A stretch of DNA of 64,000 nt, from NCBI GenBank assembly GCA_036397095.1, contig DASWJQ010000099.1, forward strand, positions 11,728 to 75,727. The letters run 5' to 3'. The notes under the pieces were generated by a model. The model did no database searches. It had not been told where the DNA came from and saw only the letters and a list, made by a program, of their open reading frames with translations. Position numbers and translations under genes: made by a program. Positions 34,137-43,312 of the stretch are shown piece by piece. Every line of letters starts with the position of its first letter. Positions within the stretch are counted from its first letter, which is position 1. This DNA is from Anaerolineales bacterium. GTDB lineage: Bacteria; Chloroflexota; Anaerolineae; Anaerolineales; E44-bin32.

Positions 34137-35066
34137 ATGAAGCGAGCTGTCAGCGTCAGCATCGGATCTTCCAAGCGCGACAAGTCGATCGAAATCGAAC
34201 TGCTCGGCGAACGTATCTTGATCGAGCGGATTGGCACCGACGGCGACATGCAGCGAGCGACCGAACTTTTCAACTCGCTCGACGGCCAGGTCGACGCCCT
34301 GGGGGTCGGCGGGGCCGATTTGGGCCTGGATGTCGACGGCCAATGGTACCCGCTGCATTCGGTGGCCGGCCTGGTCGCAGGTGTCAAGAAGACTCCGGTT
34401 GTGGATGGTGCCGGCCTGAAGAACACGCTAGAGGCACGTTTGGCCGCCTTCCTGGATGCCGAGCTGCCGTCCCCGGTCGTCCCCCGGCGGGCGCTGATCA
34501 CCAGCGGCGCCGATCGTTGGGGCATGACGATCTCCTTTTCACAGGCCGGTTATGAATGCGTCTTCGGTGACCTGATGTTCTCGGTGGGGCTCCCCATCCC
34601 CCTGCGATCTACCACCAGCTTGAAGCGATTGGCGCGCTGGCTCGTACCCATCTTTGGCCGCCTACCGTTTGCATGGCTCTATCCGGTAGGTGAGGCGCAG
34701 GACGAACGCACACCAAAGTGGGAGAGCTATTACCAGTGGGCGAAGGTCATCGCCGGAGATTGCCACTACATAAAACGCCACCTGCCTGATCGGCTTCCCG
34801 GCAAGATCGTGGTGACCAACACAACTACCCCGGCCGATGTCGCTTTGTTCCGGGAAACCGGTATTCGCTACTTGGTGACTTCTACGCCCGTGCTCGACGG
34901 GCGATCATTCGGCACCAACATGATGGAAGCAGCCCTTGTGGCGCTGGCTGGCAAGGGCCGACCTCTCACGCGTGAAGAGCTGGCGGCGCTCATTGACCAG
35001 CTTGGCCTTACCCCGCAGCTGCACGACCTGGGCCAGGACAATCCCGCGGAAGCGAGCCGAGCTTGA
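34137..35066 (+). CDS. Conserved hypothetical protein (family often annotated quinate 5-dehydrogenase-like)
   Basis: 309 aa. The N-terminus is VSVSIGSSKRDKSIEIELLGERILIERIGTDGD...LDGQVDALGVGGADL. The family assignment is from memory only. Confidence 0.55.
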   Translation: MKRAVSVSIGSSKRDKSIEIELLGERILIERIGTDGDMQRATELFNSLDGQVDALGVGGADLGLDVDGQWYPLHSVAGLVAGVKKTPVVDGAGLKNTLEARLAAFLDAELPSPVVPRRALITSGADRWGMTISFSQAGYECVFGDLMFSVGLPIPLRSTTSLKRLARWLVPIFGRLPFAWLYPVGEAQDERTPKWESYYQWAKVIAGDCHYIKRHLPDRLPGKIVVTNTTTPADVALFRETGIRYLVTSTPVLDGRSFGTNMMEAALVALAGKGRPLTREELAALIDQLGLTPQLHDLGQDNPAEASRA

Positions 35067-35067
35067 C

Positions 35068-35472
35068 ATGGATGGTCCCGTGGACAGCCCGGACGACCGC
35101 GCCCAGTTCGACCAACTGGTGTTCGCCCTCGTCCGTCTCATCCCCGAGGGACGCGTCATGACTTACGGTCAGATCGCGGGGCTTATTCCAACCCCAAGAT
35201 CGATCGACCCAAGCGCCTACCGACGCATTCGGGCGCGCTGGGTCGGCTACGCGCTGGCACGCTGCCCACAGGATGTCCCCTGGCACCGCGTCATCAACTT
35301 CCAGGGGGTTCCGAGTCAGCGAGCCTCCGGCGGTCACCTGCCGCAAAGGGCTATGCTCGAGGCCGAGGGTGTAATGACGACCGGCGATGGCCGGATCGAC
35401 CTGCAGACCTGCGGCTGGCAGCCGATGGCGCACGATCTGGCGGGACTCGAGCTTGGCGAGGCGGGTCCTTGA
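35068..35472 (+). CDS. Alkyltransferase-like (ATL) protein of the MGMT DNA-binding domain family
   Basis: TYGQIA...VPWHRVIN: PWHRV replaces the PCHRV active site, so no acceptor Cys is present. The start was trimmed to ATG 35068. Confidence 0.8.
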   Translation: MDGPVDSPDDRAQFDQLVFALVRLIPEGRVMTYGQIAGLIPTPRSIDPSAYRRIRARWVGYALARCPQDVPWHRVINFQGVPSQRASGGHLPQRAMLEAEGVMTTGDGRIDLQTCGWQPMAHDLAGLELGEAGP

Positions 35473-36251
35473 ACGCCTTCGTCCCCGCTGGCGGGATCCC
35501 CCATATTGACGACCCGCTCTACGAAGCCGCCGGCGGCGGCGCCAAGGCCCTGATTGACATTGAGGGTCGGCCGATGGTGCAGTGGGTGCTTGATGCCTTG
35601 GGCCAGTCGCAGCACATTGATCGGGTGGCCCTCATCGGTCTCGACGCCTCGGCTGGCCTGACCTGCGCCAAGCCACTGTCCTACCTCCCCGAGCACGGCG
35701 GCATGCTGCGCAATGTCATGGCTGGCTTGTCCTGGTCGCACGCGACAACGCCGGAGCAAGCCTATGTAGTGTATGCCGCTGCCGACGTGCCCACCGTCAC
35801 TCCAGAGATAATCGACTGGCGCATCGAGGCCGGTCTGGCGGCGGTTCCGTTCGACCTCGACTATGTCGCCGTCGAACGGTCGGTCATGGAAGCCCGCTTT
35901 CCCGCCTCCAACCGATCCTATGTTGGCCTCAAGGATGTCGAGGTTTGCGGCGGCGACGTGAACCTAGTCCGGGCTGAGATGGCCATCCGGACCGAGTTGT
36001 GGGACCGGCTGGTCGCCACCCGCAAGAGTCCGTTGCGCCAAGCCGCACTGGCTGGGATCGACACACTTGTCCTGATGCTGTTCCGGCGGTTAACCCTGGC
36101 GCAGGCCGAGGTCCGTCTCAGTGAGCGCTTGGGGATTGTCGGCCGCGCCCACCTGGCGCCGTACGCCGAGTTGGCGATGGACGTAGACAAACCGCATCAA
36201 TTGGAAGTTGTACGCCGCGACATGGCCAAGGGCAGGCAAGTCCCGGCGTGA
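35469..36251 (+). CDS. MobA-like NTP transferase domain protein
   Basis: N-terminal FVPAGGIP...KALIDIEGRPMVQWVLDAL is a nucleotidyltransferase fold signature. The TTG start overlaps the upstream stop. Confidence 0.65.
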   Translation: MNAFVPAGGIPHIDDPLYEAAGGGAKALIDIEGRPMVQWVLDALGQSQHIDRVALIGLDASAGLTCAKPLSYLPEHGGMLRNVMAGLSWSHATTPEQAYVVYAAADVPTVTPEIIDWRIEAGLAAVPFDLDYVAVERSVMEARFPASNRSYVGLKDVEVCGGDVNLVRAEMAIRTELWDRLVATRKSPLRQAALAGIDTLVLMLFRRLTLAQAEVRLSERLGIVGRAHLAPYAELAMDVDKPHQLEVVRRDMAKGRQVPA

Positions 36252-36775
36252 ATTGGACCAGATGGACGGCGCTCGACGCCGCTTGGACCGAGCGCCTGTC
36301 GGTCGCTGAGAAGCCGGGCTTGCTGCGGACGCTGGCCATCGTTCTCGCCCACTCTGGCGACTCATGGTTTTGGCTGTTGGGCCTGGCATTGGTAGCGCTC
36401 GTTAGGCCAGATGATTGGCGGACCTGGGCCGTCCAAACGGCTGCGGTTATTGTGGCGGCGGCCGTCCTCGTGTTGACGGTCAAATTCAGCGTTCGCCGTC
36501 GTCGTCCGGAAGGCAACTGGGGTGCCATCTACCGCCGGACCGATCCGCACTCCTTCCCTTCCGGGCACGCCGTCCGCTCCATGCTGCTGGCAGTCCTGTG
36601 TCTCGGTTGGGGGCCCGCCTGGCTAGGCTGGGCTGCCCTGGTTTGGGCGCCACTGGTCGTCCTGGCGCGGGTCGCGATGGGCGTTCACTTTCTATCGGAC
36701 GTAGTCGCAGGGGCAGTGTTTGGGATTGGACTGGGGATTCTGAGCCTGTTGTTGCTGCCGGCTCCCTTTGCCTAG
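36248..36775 (+). CDS. PAP2-family phosphatase (membrane)
   Basis: KFSVRRRRP...PSGHA...SRVAMGVHFLSDVVAG matches KxxxxxxRP / PSGH / SRxxxxxHxxxD. Confidence 0.8.
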   Translation: MNWTRWTALDAAWTERLSVAEKPGLLRTLAIVLAHSGDSWFWLLGLALVALVRPDDWRTWAVQTAAVIVAAAVLVLTVKFSVRRRRPEGNWGAIYRRTDPHSFPSGHAVRSMLLAVLCLGWGPAWLGWAALVWAPLVVLARVAMGVHFLSDVVAGAVFGIGLGILSLLLLPAPFA

Positions 36776-36790
36776 CTAGCGTAAACACAA

Positions 36791-36813
36791 CGCGGAAGGC
36801 ACTGCCTTCCGCG
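36791..36813. terminator. Hairpin between convergent genes (candidate bidirectional terminator)
   Basis: Perfect 10-bp stem CGCGGAAGGC-act-GCCTTCCGCG between the PAP2 stop (36775) and the LCP stop (36840). Confidence 0.55.
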
Positions 36814-36839
36814 CGCCTCGCATCGTTAGAGTGCCCAGG

Positions 36840-38255
36840 CTATTGCGGTACGGACCAGTCGGACCCCAGGATGACGGCCAGGTCGATCTCGCTCTCCGGT
36901 GAAGGCTGGCTCAGAATCTGGCTCTCTGACACCCCCATCAACTCGGACAGGTAGCGAGTGGTGTAGGGGTTGCCGGTGTAGTCGATGATCAACGTCTTGG
37001 CGTAGTCCAGCCGGTCGGCGTTGGCCACCTCGACCACGTTGAGGCCCTGGCCCGTCAGATAATCGCCCGTGGCCGTCGCCAGACCTTCGATCCCGGATCC
37101 ATTGCGGACAGCCAATCGTGCGTCTTCAAGATCGGCCGCCTGCACCGGATTGTCCACCGGGATCGATGGGCCGATCGCACTGGCTTCCGTAAAGATGCTG
37201 TCACGCAGGATGCGGATTTGGTCGGGCAGCGGACGGAGCACCTGGGCACCGTCGGGCAGAGTCTCAAACTCGACCATGTCCGGCGGACCAATGATGCCAC
37301 GCCGGATGTTGTCCGGTTCAATCTCGACCGCCAGCAGTGCAAGACGGAACATCTGATCGAACGTCAGGTTTGTGAGGACCCCACTTGACATGTCCTCGTA
37401 AATCGCAGGGGCCCGCCGGATGAGGGTCGGCACCATGTCCAAGCCCAAGATTCGATCGCGTATTGCAAACGCTACTTGCTGCTGCCGTCGTGACCTATCG
37501 AAGTCGCCACCCTCTGATTTACGCGCTCTGGCATAAGCCAGCGCCCACGCCCCATCGAGGTGCTGGGCTTTAGCCCGCAGGATGACACTTTCACGTCCAA
37601 TCGGTGAGATCTTAATATCTTCCTCGACCAGGACGTCGATGCCACCGATCTCGTCAATCAAGTCTTCAAAGGCATGGAAGTAGATCACAGCGTAGTAGTC
37701 AATCGGCACGCCGATCACGTTCTCAACCGTTTGCATCGCCAGTTCGGGGCCGCCACCGGGAACGTTGTAGCTCTCCCCCAGGAAGTAGGCGGTGTTGATT
37801 CGGTTGTGTTCAAATCCAGGGATTTCAACCCACAGGTCCCGCGGAATTGACAACATACCGGCCGTCTTTGCCACCGGATCGATGGTAAACAGCATCATTG
37901 AATCGGTGCGAGGCGGGCCTTCGCCCTCGAGCCAGTCGCGATAGTCCAGACCCATGAGGAGGATGCTTACACGTTCGGTGCCGTCCCACGGCTTGGGAGC
38001 ATCGTCAACAGTGGAAACCGTCGGAGTCACCCCGGGCGCCGGGGTCGGACCATCCTGCGAGCCGGCCCCACCGCTGAAGCTGGGCAGGCCGGCCCCCGTC
38101 CAATTGGCGGCCAGGCCACGAACCGCGCTGAACATCAGCGCCGCCGAAAGCAAGCCCAGGATGATAAACGCCGCGCCCAACCCCCAGATCAGCCGGTCGG
38201 GAACGGCTCTCGTCTGTCGATTCCTTCTTCTTCGCATGTTGCTTATGTCACCCAT
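36840..38255 (-). CDS. LytR-CpsA-Psr (LCP) family protein with a LytR_C-like C-terminus
   Basis: N-terminal TM segment. ILLMGLDYR...RTDSMMLFTIDP...LSIPRDLWVEIPG...RINTAY is the LCP core. Confidence 0.85.
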   Translation of the reverse strand: MGDISNMRRRRNRQTRAVPDRLIWGLGAAFIILGLLSAALMFSAVRGLAANWTGAGLPSFSGGAGSQDGPTPAPGVTPTVSTVDDAPKPWDGTERVSILLMGLDYRDWLEGEGPPRTDSMMLFTIDPVAKTAGMLSIPRDLWVEIPGFEHNRINTAYFLGESYNVPGGGPELAMQTVENVIGVPIDYYAVIYFHAFEDLIDEIGGIDVLVEEDIKISPIGRESVILRAKAQHLDGAWALAYARARKSEGGDFDRSRRQQQVAFAIRDRILGLDMVPTLIRRAPAIYEDMSSGVLTNLTFDQMFRLALLAVEIEPDNIRRGIIGPPDMVEFETLPDGAQVLRPLPDQIRILRDSIFTEASAIGPSIPVDNPVQAADLEDARLAVRNGSGIEGLATATGDYLTGQGLNVVEVANADRLDYAKTLIIDYTGNPYTTRYLSELMGVSESQILSQPSPESEIDLAVILGSDWSVPQ

Positions 38256-38287
38256 TCAGGGACTTCCAGCAAACGGCGCAAATTATA

Positions 38288-40183
38288 TCATGCGCCTTCC
38301 AGCAGCTCCGTCAGCCGTTCCCATTCGGCCAAATGTGCCTGCAGCTCTTGTTCCAGCGACTGGTAGCGCAAGCCCAGTTGGCGCACCTTCTCGTGGTCGT
38401 CTGCCTTCTCGATTTCACTGGCCATCGCGGCCAATTTCTTCTCGAGGTCGGTGATCTGGGTCTCGATCCTCTCCAAGCGCAGGTGTGTCGTCGGCCCTTT
38501 GTCCGACTGGCGGGCGGCCTGCGGCCCTCCTCTGGCAGGTGAAGGCTCTTCCTTTTCGCTGGCCGCCCGCAGGCGCAGGTAGTCCTGGTACGAACCCGAC
38601 AATACTTCCAACTCCTGGCCTTGGACTTCGGCCACCCAAATTTGGGTGGCCAATTCGTCGACCAGATAGCGATCGTGAGAGACCAACAGGATCGTGCCGT
38701 CGTAGGCCGCCAGCGCGGCCTGCAGGACCTCCTGAGCCGGGATGTCCAGGTGATTGGTCGGCTCGTCGAGCAGGAGCAGATTGGCCCCCTCGGTCGAGAG
38801 CCGGGCCAGCGCCAGGCGCCCGCGTTCCCCACCGGACAGGTCACCCACAACTTTCTCTACATCGGCCCCGGAGAAGAGGTAGCGGCCCAATAGATCCCGC
38901 GCCTGTGAGATCCTGAGATTGGGCGCCGCCTGGAGCAGCGATTCGAGCACGGTCATCGATGGTGCCAGGCCCTCGTGTGCCTGGGCAAAGTAGGCAGGCT
39001 GGACGCCGGCACCCAGGGCCAGGCTGCCGCTGACGGGGGGCAATTCGCCGACCAATGTCTTGAGCAAGGTCGACTTGCCGACGCCGTTGGGCCCCAGCAA
39101 AGCAGCGCATTCACCGCGCTGAAGCACAAGATCCGGAACGCGCAGGAATGCCGTCCCCTGACGGCCAACCACCAGGTCCTTGGTCCGGATGACGGCAAGG
39201 CCAGACTGGTTGTCGGCATCCATTTGGATGCCGACGCTGCGCCGCTCGCCAGGCAGGTCAATCGACTCTTCGGCCAGGAAACGTTCCAGGCGCGTCCGCC
39301 GACCTTGCGCCTGCCGCGTATTCTGACCGGCGATGTTGCGTTGGATGTAGTTGCGTTCTCGGTTGATCTTCTCTTGCTGCTGCTCGTAGATCTTCACTCG
39401 GCGTTCGACCCGCTCTCGACGCTGCGTAAGGTAGGCGCTGTAATTGCCCCGATAGCTCTCCAACCCATCTACCGACAACTCCCAAATCGTGTCAACGGTC
39501 CGGTCCATGAAGTACCGGTCGTGCGAGACCACGATAGCAGCCCCAGGCCACTCACGCAGCCAGCCCTCCAACCATTCAATGGCCTCTACGTCCAAATGGT
39601 TGGTGGGCTCGTCGAGAACGAGCAAGTCGGGGTCTTCCAGGAGCAGGCGGCCAAGCAATGCCCGCGTCCGCTCACCCCCGGACAGCAATCCCAATGGCTG
39701 CTCGAACTGCTCGGGGCCGAACCCCAATCCACGCAGCACTCGCTTGGCCTCTGCCTGATAGGCGTAGCCACCGGCTCGTTCGAAGGTCTCCTGCAACGGT
39801 CCGTAGTTGTCCAGCGCAGTCGCCGCCTGGCCCGGATCGGCCATCTGCTGCTCGAGTTCGTTCAGTCGGGTCTCTGTCTGACGCAATTCCTGAAAGGCAT
39901 CCAGGGCGCAGGCCCACAACGATTGATCGAGCAGCTGCTGCAACCTGCCGCCGGTGTGGGCTTCCTGAGGCAGGTAGCCGATCGACAGGTTTCTTGCGCG
40001 CTGCAACCGGCCCCCGTCGGGCTTGTCGAGCCCGACCAATACGCGCAGCAGGGTGCTCTTACCGATTCCGTTCGGGCCAACCAGCGCAATGCGAGCCTGG
40101 TGGGGAACCGCCAGGCTGATACCTTGCAGCACATCTTGTGCGCCGTAGGCCCTTTCCAACTCGGATGCTTGCAGTAGGGACAT
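38288..40183 (-). CDS. ABC-F family ATPase (two NBDs, coiled-coil C-terminus)
   Basis: Two Walker A motifs (GPNGIGKST, GPNGVGKST) and two LSGGE signature motifs. The start was trimmed to ATG 40183 (MSLLQASELERAYG). Confidence 0.9.
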   Translation of the reverse strand: MSLLQASELERAYGAQDVLQGISLAVPHQARIALVGPNGIGKSTLLRVLVGLDKPDGGRLQRARNLSIGYLPQEAHTGGRLQQLLDQSLWACALDAFQELRQTETRLNELEQQMADPGQAATALDNYGPLQETFERAGGYAYQAEAKRVLRGLGFGPEQFEQPLGLLSGGERTRALLGRLLLEDPDLLVLDEPTNHLDVEAIEWLEGWLREWPGAAIVVSHDRYFMDRTVDTIWELSVDGLESYRGNYSAYLTQRRERVERRVKIYEQQQEKINRERNYIQRNIAGQNTRQAQGRRTRLERFLAEESIDLPGERRSVGIQMDADNQSGLAVIRTKDLVVGRQGTAFLRVPDLVLQRGECAALLGPNGVGKSTLLKTLVGELPPVSGSLALGAGVQPAYFAQAHEGLAPSMTVLESLLQAAPNLRISQARDLLGRYLFSGADVEKVVGDLSGGERGRLALARLSTEGANLLLLDEPTNHLDIPAQEVLQAALAAYDGTILLVSHDRYLVDELATQIWVAEVQGQELEVLSGSYQDYLRLRAASEKEEPSPARGGPQAARQSDKGPTTHLRLERIETQITDLEKKLAAMASEIEKADDHEKVRQLGLRYQSLEQELQAHLAEWERLTELLEGA

Positions 40184-40287
40184 GGGATCCAGCCGGGGAT
40201 TATAGCGCGCCACTCGTCCGCTCCGGGCGACCGGGCCGGCCCACGGCTGGACTATAATGGCGACCATACTCTGCAGCGCGGTGCGTA

Positions 40288-40686
40288 ATGCCCAATCCGT
40301 CATCGTCAAACTACAACAGTCTCATGCTATCGGCCGTCATTCTGGCTGGCATCGGTTGGCTGGGCCTGGCCCTGGTCCTGCTCGGCACACGCCCCACCGT
40401 GGGCCCACGCTGGCTGTTCTTCTTCTTGTGGACGGTGGCTGTCACCGGCACCGCCATGCCCTTCATTTGGGTTTTGAACCGCCGCTTTTCGCGCCTGCAT
40501 CTGCCGACCTTGGCTGTCTTGCTGCGCGAGTCCCTGCTCGTTGGGCTGTATGCCGGTCTGTGTGCCTGGCTGCAGATCAACCGCAGCCTCAACCTGCCCC
40601 TTGCCCTCTTGCTGGCCAGCGGCTTGATCGCCATCGAATGGTTGCTGCGCGGGGTTGACCGTGGTTCGCTCGGACCCGAGCTGTGA
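40288..40686 (+). CDS. Small membrane protein (4 TM), unknown function
   Basis: 132 aa, hydrophobic. Its stop overlaps the selA GTG start. Confidence 0.5.
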   Translation: MPNPSSSNYNSLMLSAVILAGIGWLGLALVLLGTRPTVGPRWLFFFLWTVAVTGTAMPFIWVLNRRFSRLHLPTLAVLLRESLLVGLYAGLCAWLQINRSLNLPLALLLASGLIAIEWLLRGVDRGSLGPEL

Positions 40687-42053
40687 GCCTGCGCAACCTG
40701 CCGTCGGTTGACCGCCTTCTCACTAGCGACGCCGGCCGGCGCCTGGTTGACGAATTCGGACGGGAGTGGAGCCTGCAGGCGCTGCGGACCTCGCTGGGGG
40801 AGGTACGCCAGAACTGGCAGGACGGTCAGCCTTTGCCCGACGCCGGCCAACTGGTCGATCTGAGCCGCCAAACACTGCAGGCCTGGCTTGAGCCCGGCCT
40901 GGTTCCGGTCATCAATGCAACCGGTGTCATCTTGCACACCAACCTGGGTCGCGCGCCGCTGGCCACCACCGCCCGGCAGGAACTGCAATCCATTGCTGCC
41001 GGCTACAGCAACCTTGAATACGATCTGCCCCTTGGTCAGCGAAGCAGCCGTGAGCAGCTGGCCGCCCATTTGCTGGCCCGCCTGACTGGCGCTGAAGACG
41101 CCTTGGTGGTTAACAACAACGCCGCCGCCGTACTGCTGGCTCTGACCGCACTCGCCGCTGGCCGGGATGCGTTGATTTCCCGCACCCAATTGATCGAGAT
41201 CGGCGGTGGCTTCCGCATTCCGGAGGTCCTCGACCAATCCGGGGCGCGCTTGGTCGAAGTGGGTACGACCAACCGTACCCACCTGGCCGACTTTGAAAGA
41301 GCGCTGTCGCCGGCAACTGCGGTCGTCCTTCGTGCCCATTCCTCCAACTTCCGCCTGGTTGGCTTCACCACCGAACCTGACCTGGCCGAACTGGCCGGAT
41401 TCTGCCGCCGAGCGGGCCTGTGCTTGATCGATGACCTGGGGTCCGGCGCATTGATGGATACGGCCGAGTTCGGATTGGCCCATGAACCTATGGTGCAAGA
41501 ATCCGTCCAGGCCGGCGCCGATTTGGTGGCCTTCTCGGGTGACAAGTTGCTCGGGGGCCCACAGGCGGGCATCCTGGTTGGGCGGGCAGATTTGATCGCC
41601 AGGCTGCGCAAGCACCCACTGGCCCGGGCGGTCAGGCCGGACAAGTTATGCTTGGCGGCATTGATTCCAACACTGGCACACTATGCCCGGGGCGAGGCAG
41701 CCCTTGCCATTCCTGTATGGCAGATGATCGCCGCTCAACCAGCGGCGCTGGAACAGCGGGCGCAGGCCTGGCGCCAACAGTTGGGCCTCGGGCAAATCGT
41801 CGACGGCGAATCGACCGTCGGCGGTGGTAGCCTTCCTGGGGAAATGCTGCCGACCCGGCTGCTACAGCTGCCGGCAGATCGGCCCGATGAACTGGCGGCT
41901 GGCCTGCGCCTTGCGACGCCGGCCGTCATCGCCCGCATTCAGGACGACCGTGTGCTGCTCGATCCGCGCAGCGTCCTTCCCGAACAGGATCCAGCGTTGC
42001 TTGCGGCGCTTAGGACGACGTTAGGGCGTCTGGGCCAGGGTGATCCGCGATGA
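40683..42053 (+). CDS. selA: L-seryl-tRNA(Sec) selenium transferase
   Basis: N-terminal LRNLPSVDRLL. Also INATGVILHTNLGRAPL, YSNLEYDL, IEIGGGFRIPEV, and FSGDKLLGGPQAGILVG (PLP Lys). Confidence 0.85.
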   Translation: MSLRNLPSVDRLLTSDAGRRLVDEFGREWSLQALRTSLGEVRQNWQDGQPLPDAGQLVDLSRQTLQAWLEPGLVPVINATGVILHTNLGRAPLATTARQELQSIAAGYSNLEYDLPLGQRSSREQLAAHLLARLTGAEDALVVNNNAAAVLLALTALAAGRDALISRTQLIEIGGGFRIPEVLDQSGARLVEVGTTNRTHLADFERALSPATAVVLRAHSSNFRLVGFTTEPDLAELAGFCRRAGLCLIDDLGSGALMDTAEFGLAHEPMVQESVQAGADLVAFSGDKLLGGPQAGILVGRADLIARLRKHPLARAVRPDKLCLAALIPTLAHYARGEAALAIPVWQMIAAQPAALEQRAQAWRQQLGLGQIVDGESTVGGGSLPGEMLPTRLLQLPADRPDELAAGLRLATPAVIARIQDDRVLLDPRSVLPEQDPALLAALRTTLGRLGQGDPR

Positions 42054-43312
42054 GACAAGATCTTGATCGTCTGATGGCGCAGACCGACCTTGATGGGCTA
42101 TGGATTTCCGGCCACGCCGGCGACAACCCGGCACTCGACTACTTCGTCGGCGGGGCCCATTTGACCCACGCCGACCTGTTCAAGAAGCGAGGCGAGCCGC
42201 CCATCTTGTATCACCGGCGCATGGAGCGTGACGAGGCCGAGCGGACCGGCTTGCGCACCGCCCTGCACGACGAGGCCGACTACGCCCGCTGGCTCGAATC
42301 GACCGGGGGCGACAGCCTGCAGGCCGACGCACTGAGGATCCGCAACGCCCTGCAGGCGGAGGGCATGTCTGGCCGCATTGCCGTTCTTGGCCGCATCGAC
42401 GCCGGCTACGCCCTCGATCTGGTCCGCCACCTGGAGGCACTGGCACCCGAATCCAGCTTTATGTCCGATGGCGGCGACGACAGCGTGCTTGCCCGGGCGC
42501 GAGCGACCAAAGACCCCAGTGAGATTGAGCGAATCCGCCTTACCGGACGGATCACTGTCGAAGTGGTCGAGCAGATCGCCCGCTTTCTCCGGGCCCGCCC
42601 GGTTGAGGGGAGCACGCTACTCACCGACGACCGGAGCCCATTGACGGTTGGCGCCGTCAAACACCGCATTCACCTGCTGCTGGCTGAGCGCGGCGCCGAA
42701 TCACCGAGCGGGCCGATTTTCGCCATCGGCCGCGAAGGGGCAATCGGTCACAGTGTCGGCCTGGATGACGACCTGGTCGAGCTCGGCCGGCCGATCGTAT
42801 TCGATATCTACCCCCGCCTGATCGGCGGCGGCTACTACTTTGACTTCACGCGCACCTGGTGCCTGGGCTTTGCGCCGGAGCCCGTCCAGACCCTCTATGA
42901 TCAAGTACTGACCGTCTACTACGAGATCTTCCCGATGATGGTTGCCGGCGGGTCACCCAAGCAAATACAAGTCGAGACTTGCCGCCGCTTCGAGGCGCAG
43001 GGCCACCCGACGCTGCTGAGCGATATGGCGACGGAACAAGGCTACTTCCATGGGCTGGCCCATGGCCTGGGCCTGGCAATTCACGAGCCACCCTTCTTCC
43101 GCCATACTGCGGCCGAAGACGCCTACCGGCTGCAGCCGGGGATGGTCGTCACCTTTGAGCCTGGCCTGTACTATCCCGACCAGGACATGGGGGTTCGTTT
43201 GGAGGATACGCTGCTAATTACGGAGAAGGGGCCAGCCGAAGTCCTCGTTCCCTATCCGCACGATCTGGTGCTGCCTATGACTCATCCTGTGGGGTCCGCC
43301 GCCCATGAATGA
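42050..43312 (+). CDS. M24-family Xaa-Pro peptidase
   Basis: HGLAHGLGLAIHEPP and TFEPGLY are the pita-bread metal ligands. ATGA overlap with the selA stop. Confidence 0.85.
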   Translation: MRQDLDRLMAQTDLDGLWISGHAGDNPALDYFVGGAHLTHADLFKKRGEPPILYHRRMERDEAERTGLRTALHDEADYARWLESTGGDSLQADALRIRNALQAEGMSGRIAVLGRIDAGYALDLVRHLEALAPESSFMSDGGDDSVLARARATKDPSEIERIRLTGRITVEVVEQIARFLRARPVEGSTLLTDDRSPLTVGAVKHRIHLLLAERGAESPSGPIFAIGREGAIGHSVGLDDDLVELGRPIVFDIYPRLIGGGYYFDFTRTWCLGFAPEPVQTLYDQVLTVYYEIFPMMVAGGSPKQIQVETCRRFEAQGHPTLLSDMATEQGYFHGLAHGLGLAIHEPPFFRHTAAEDAYRLQPGMVVTFEPGLYYPDQDMGVRLEDTLLITEKGPAEVLVPYPHDLVLPMTHPVGSAAHE

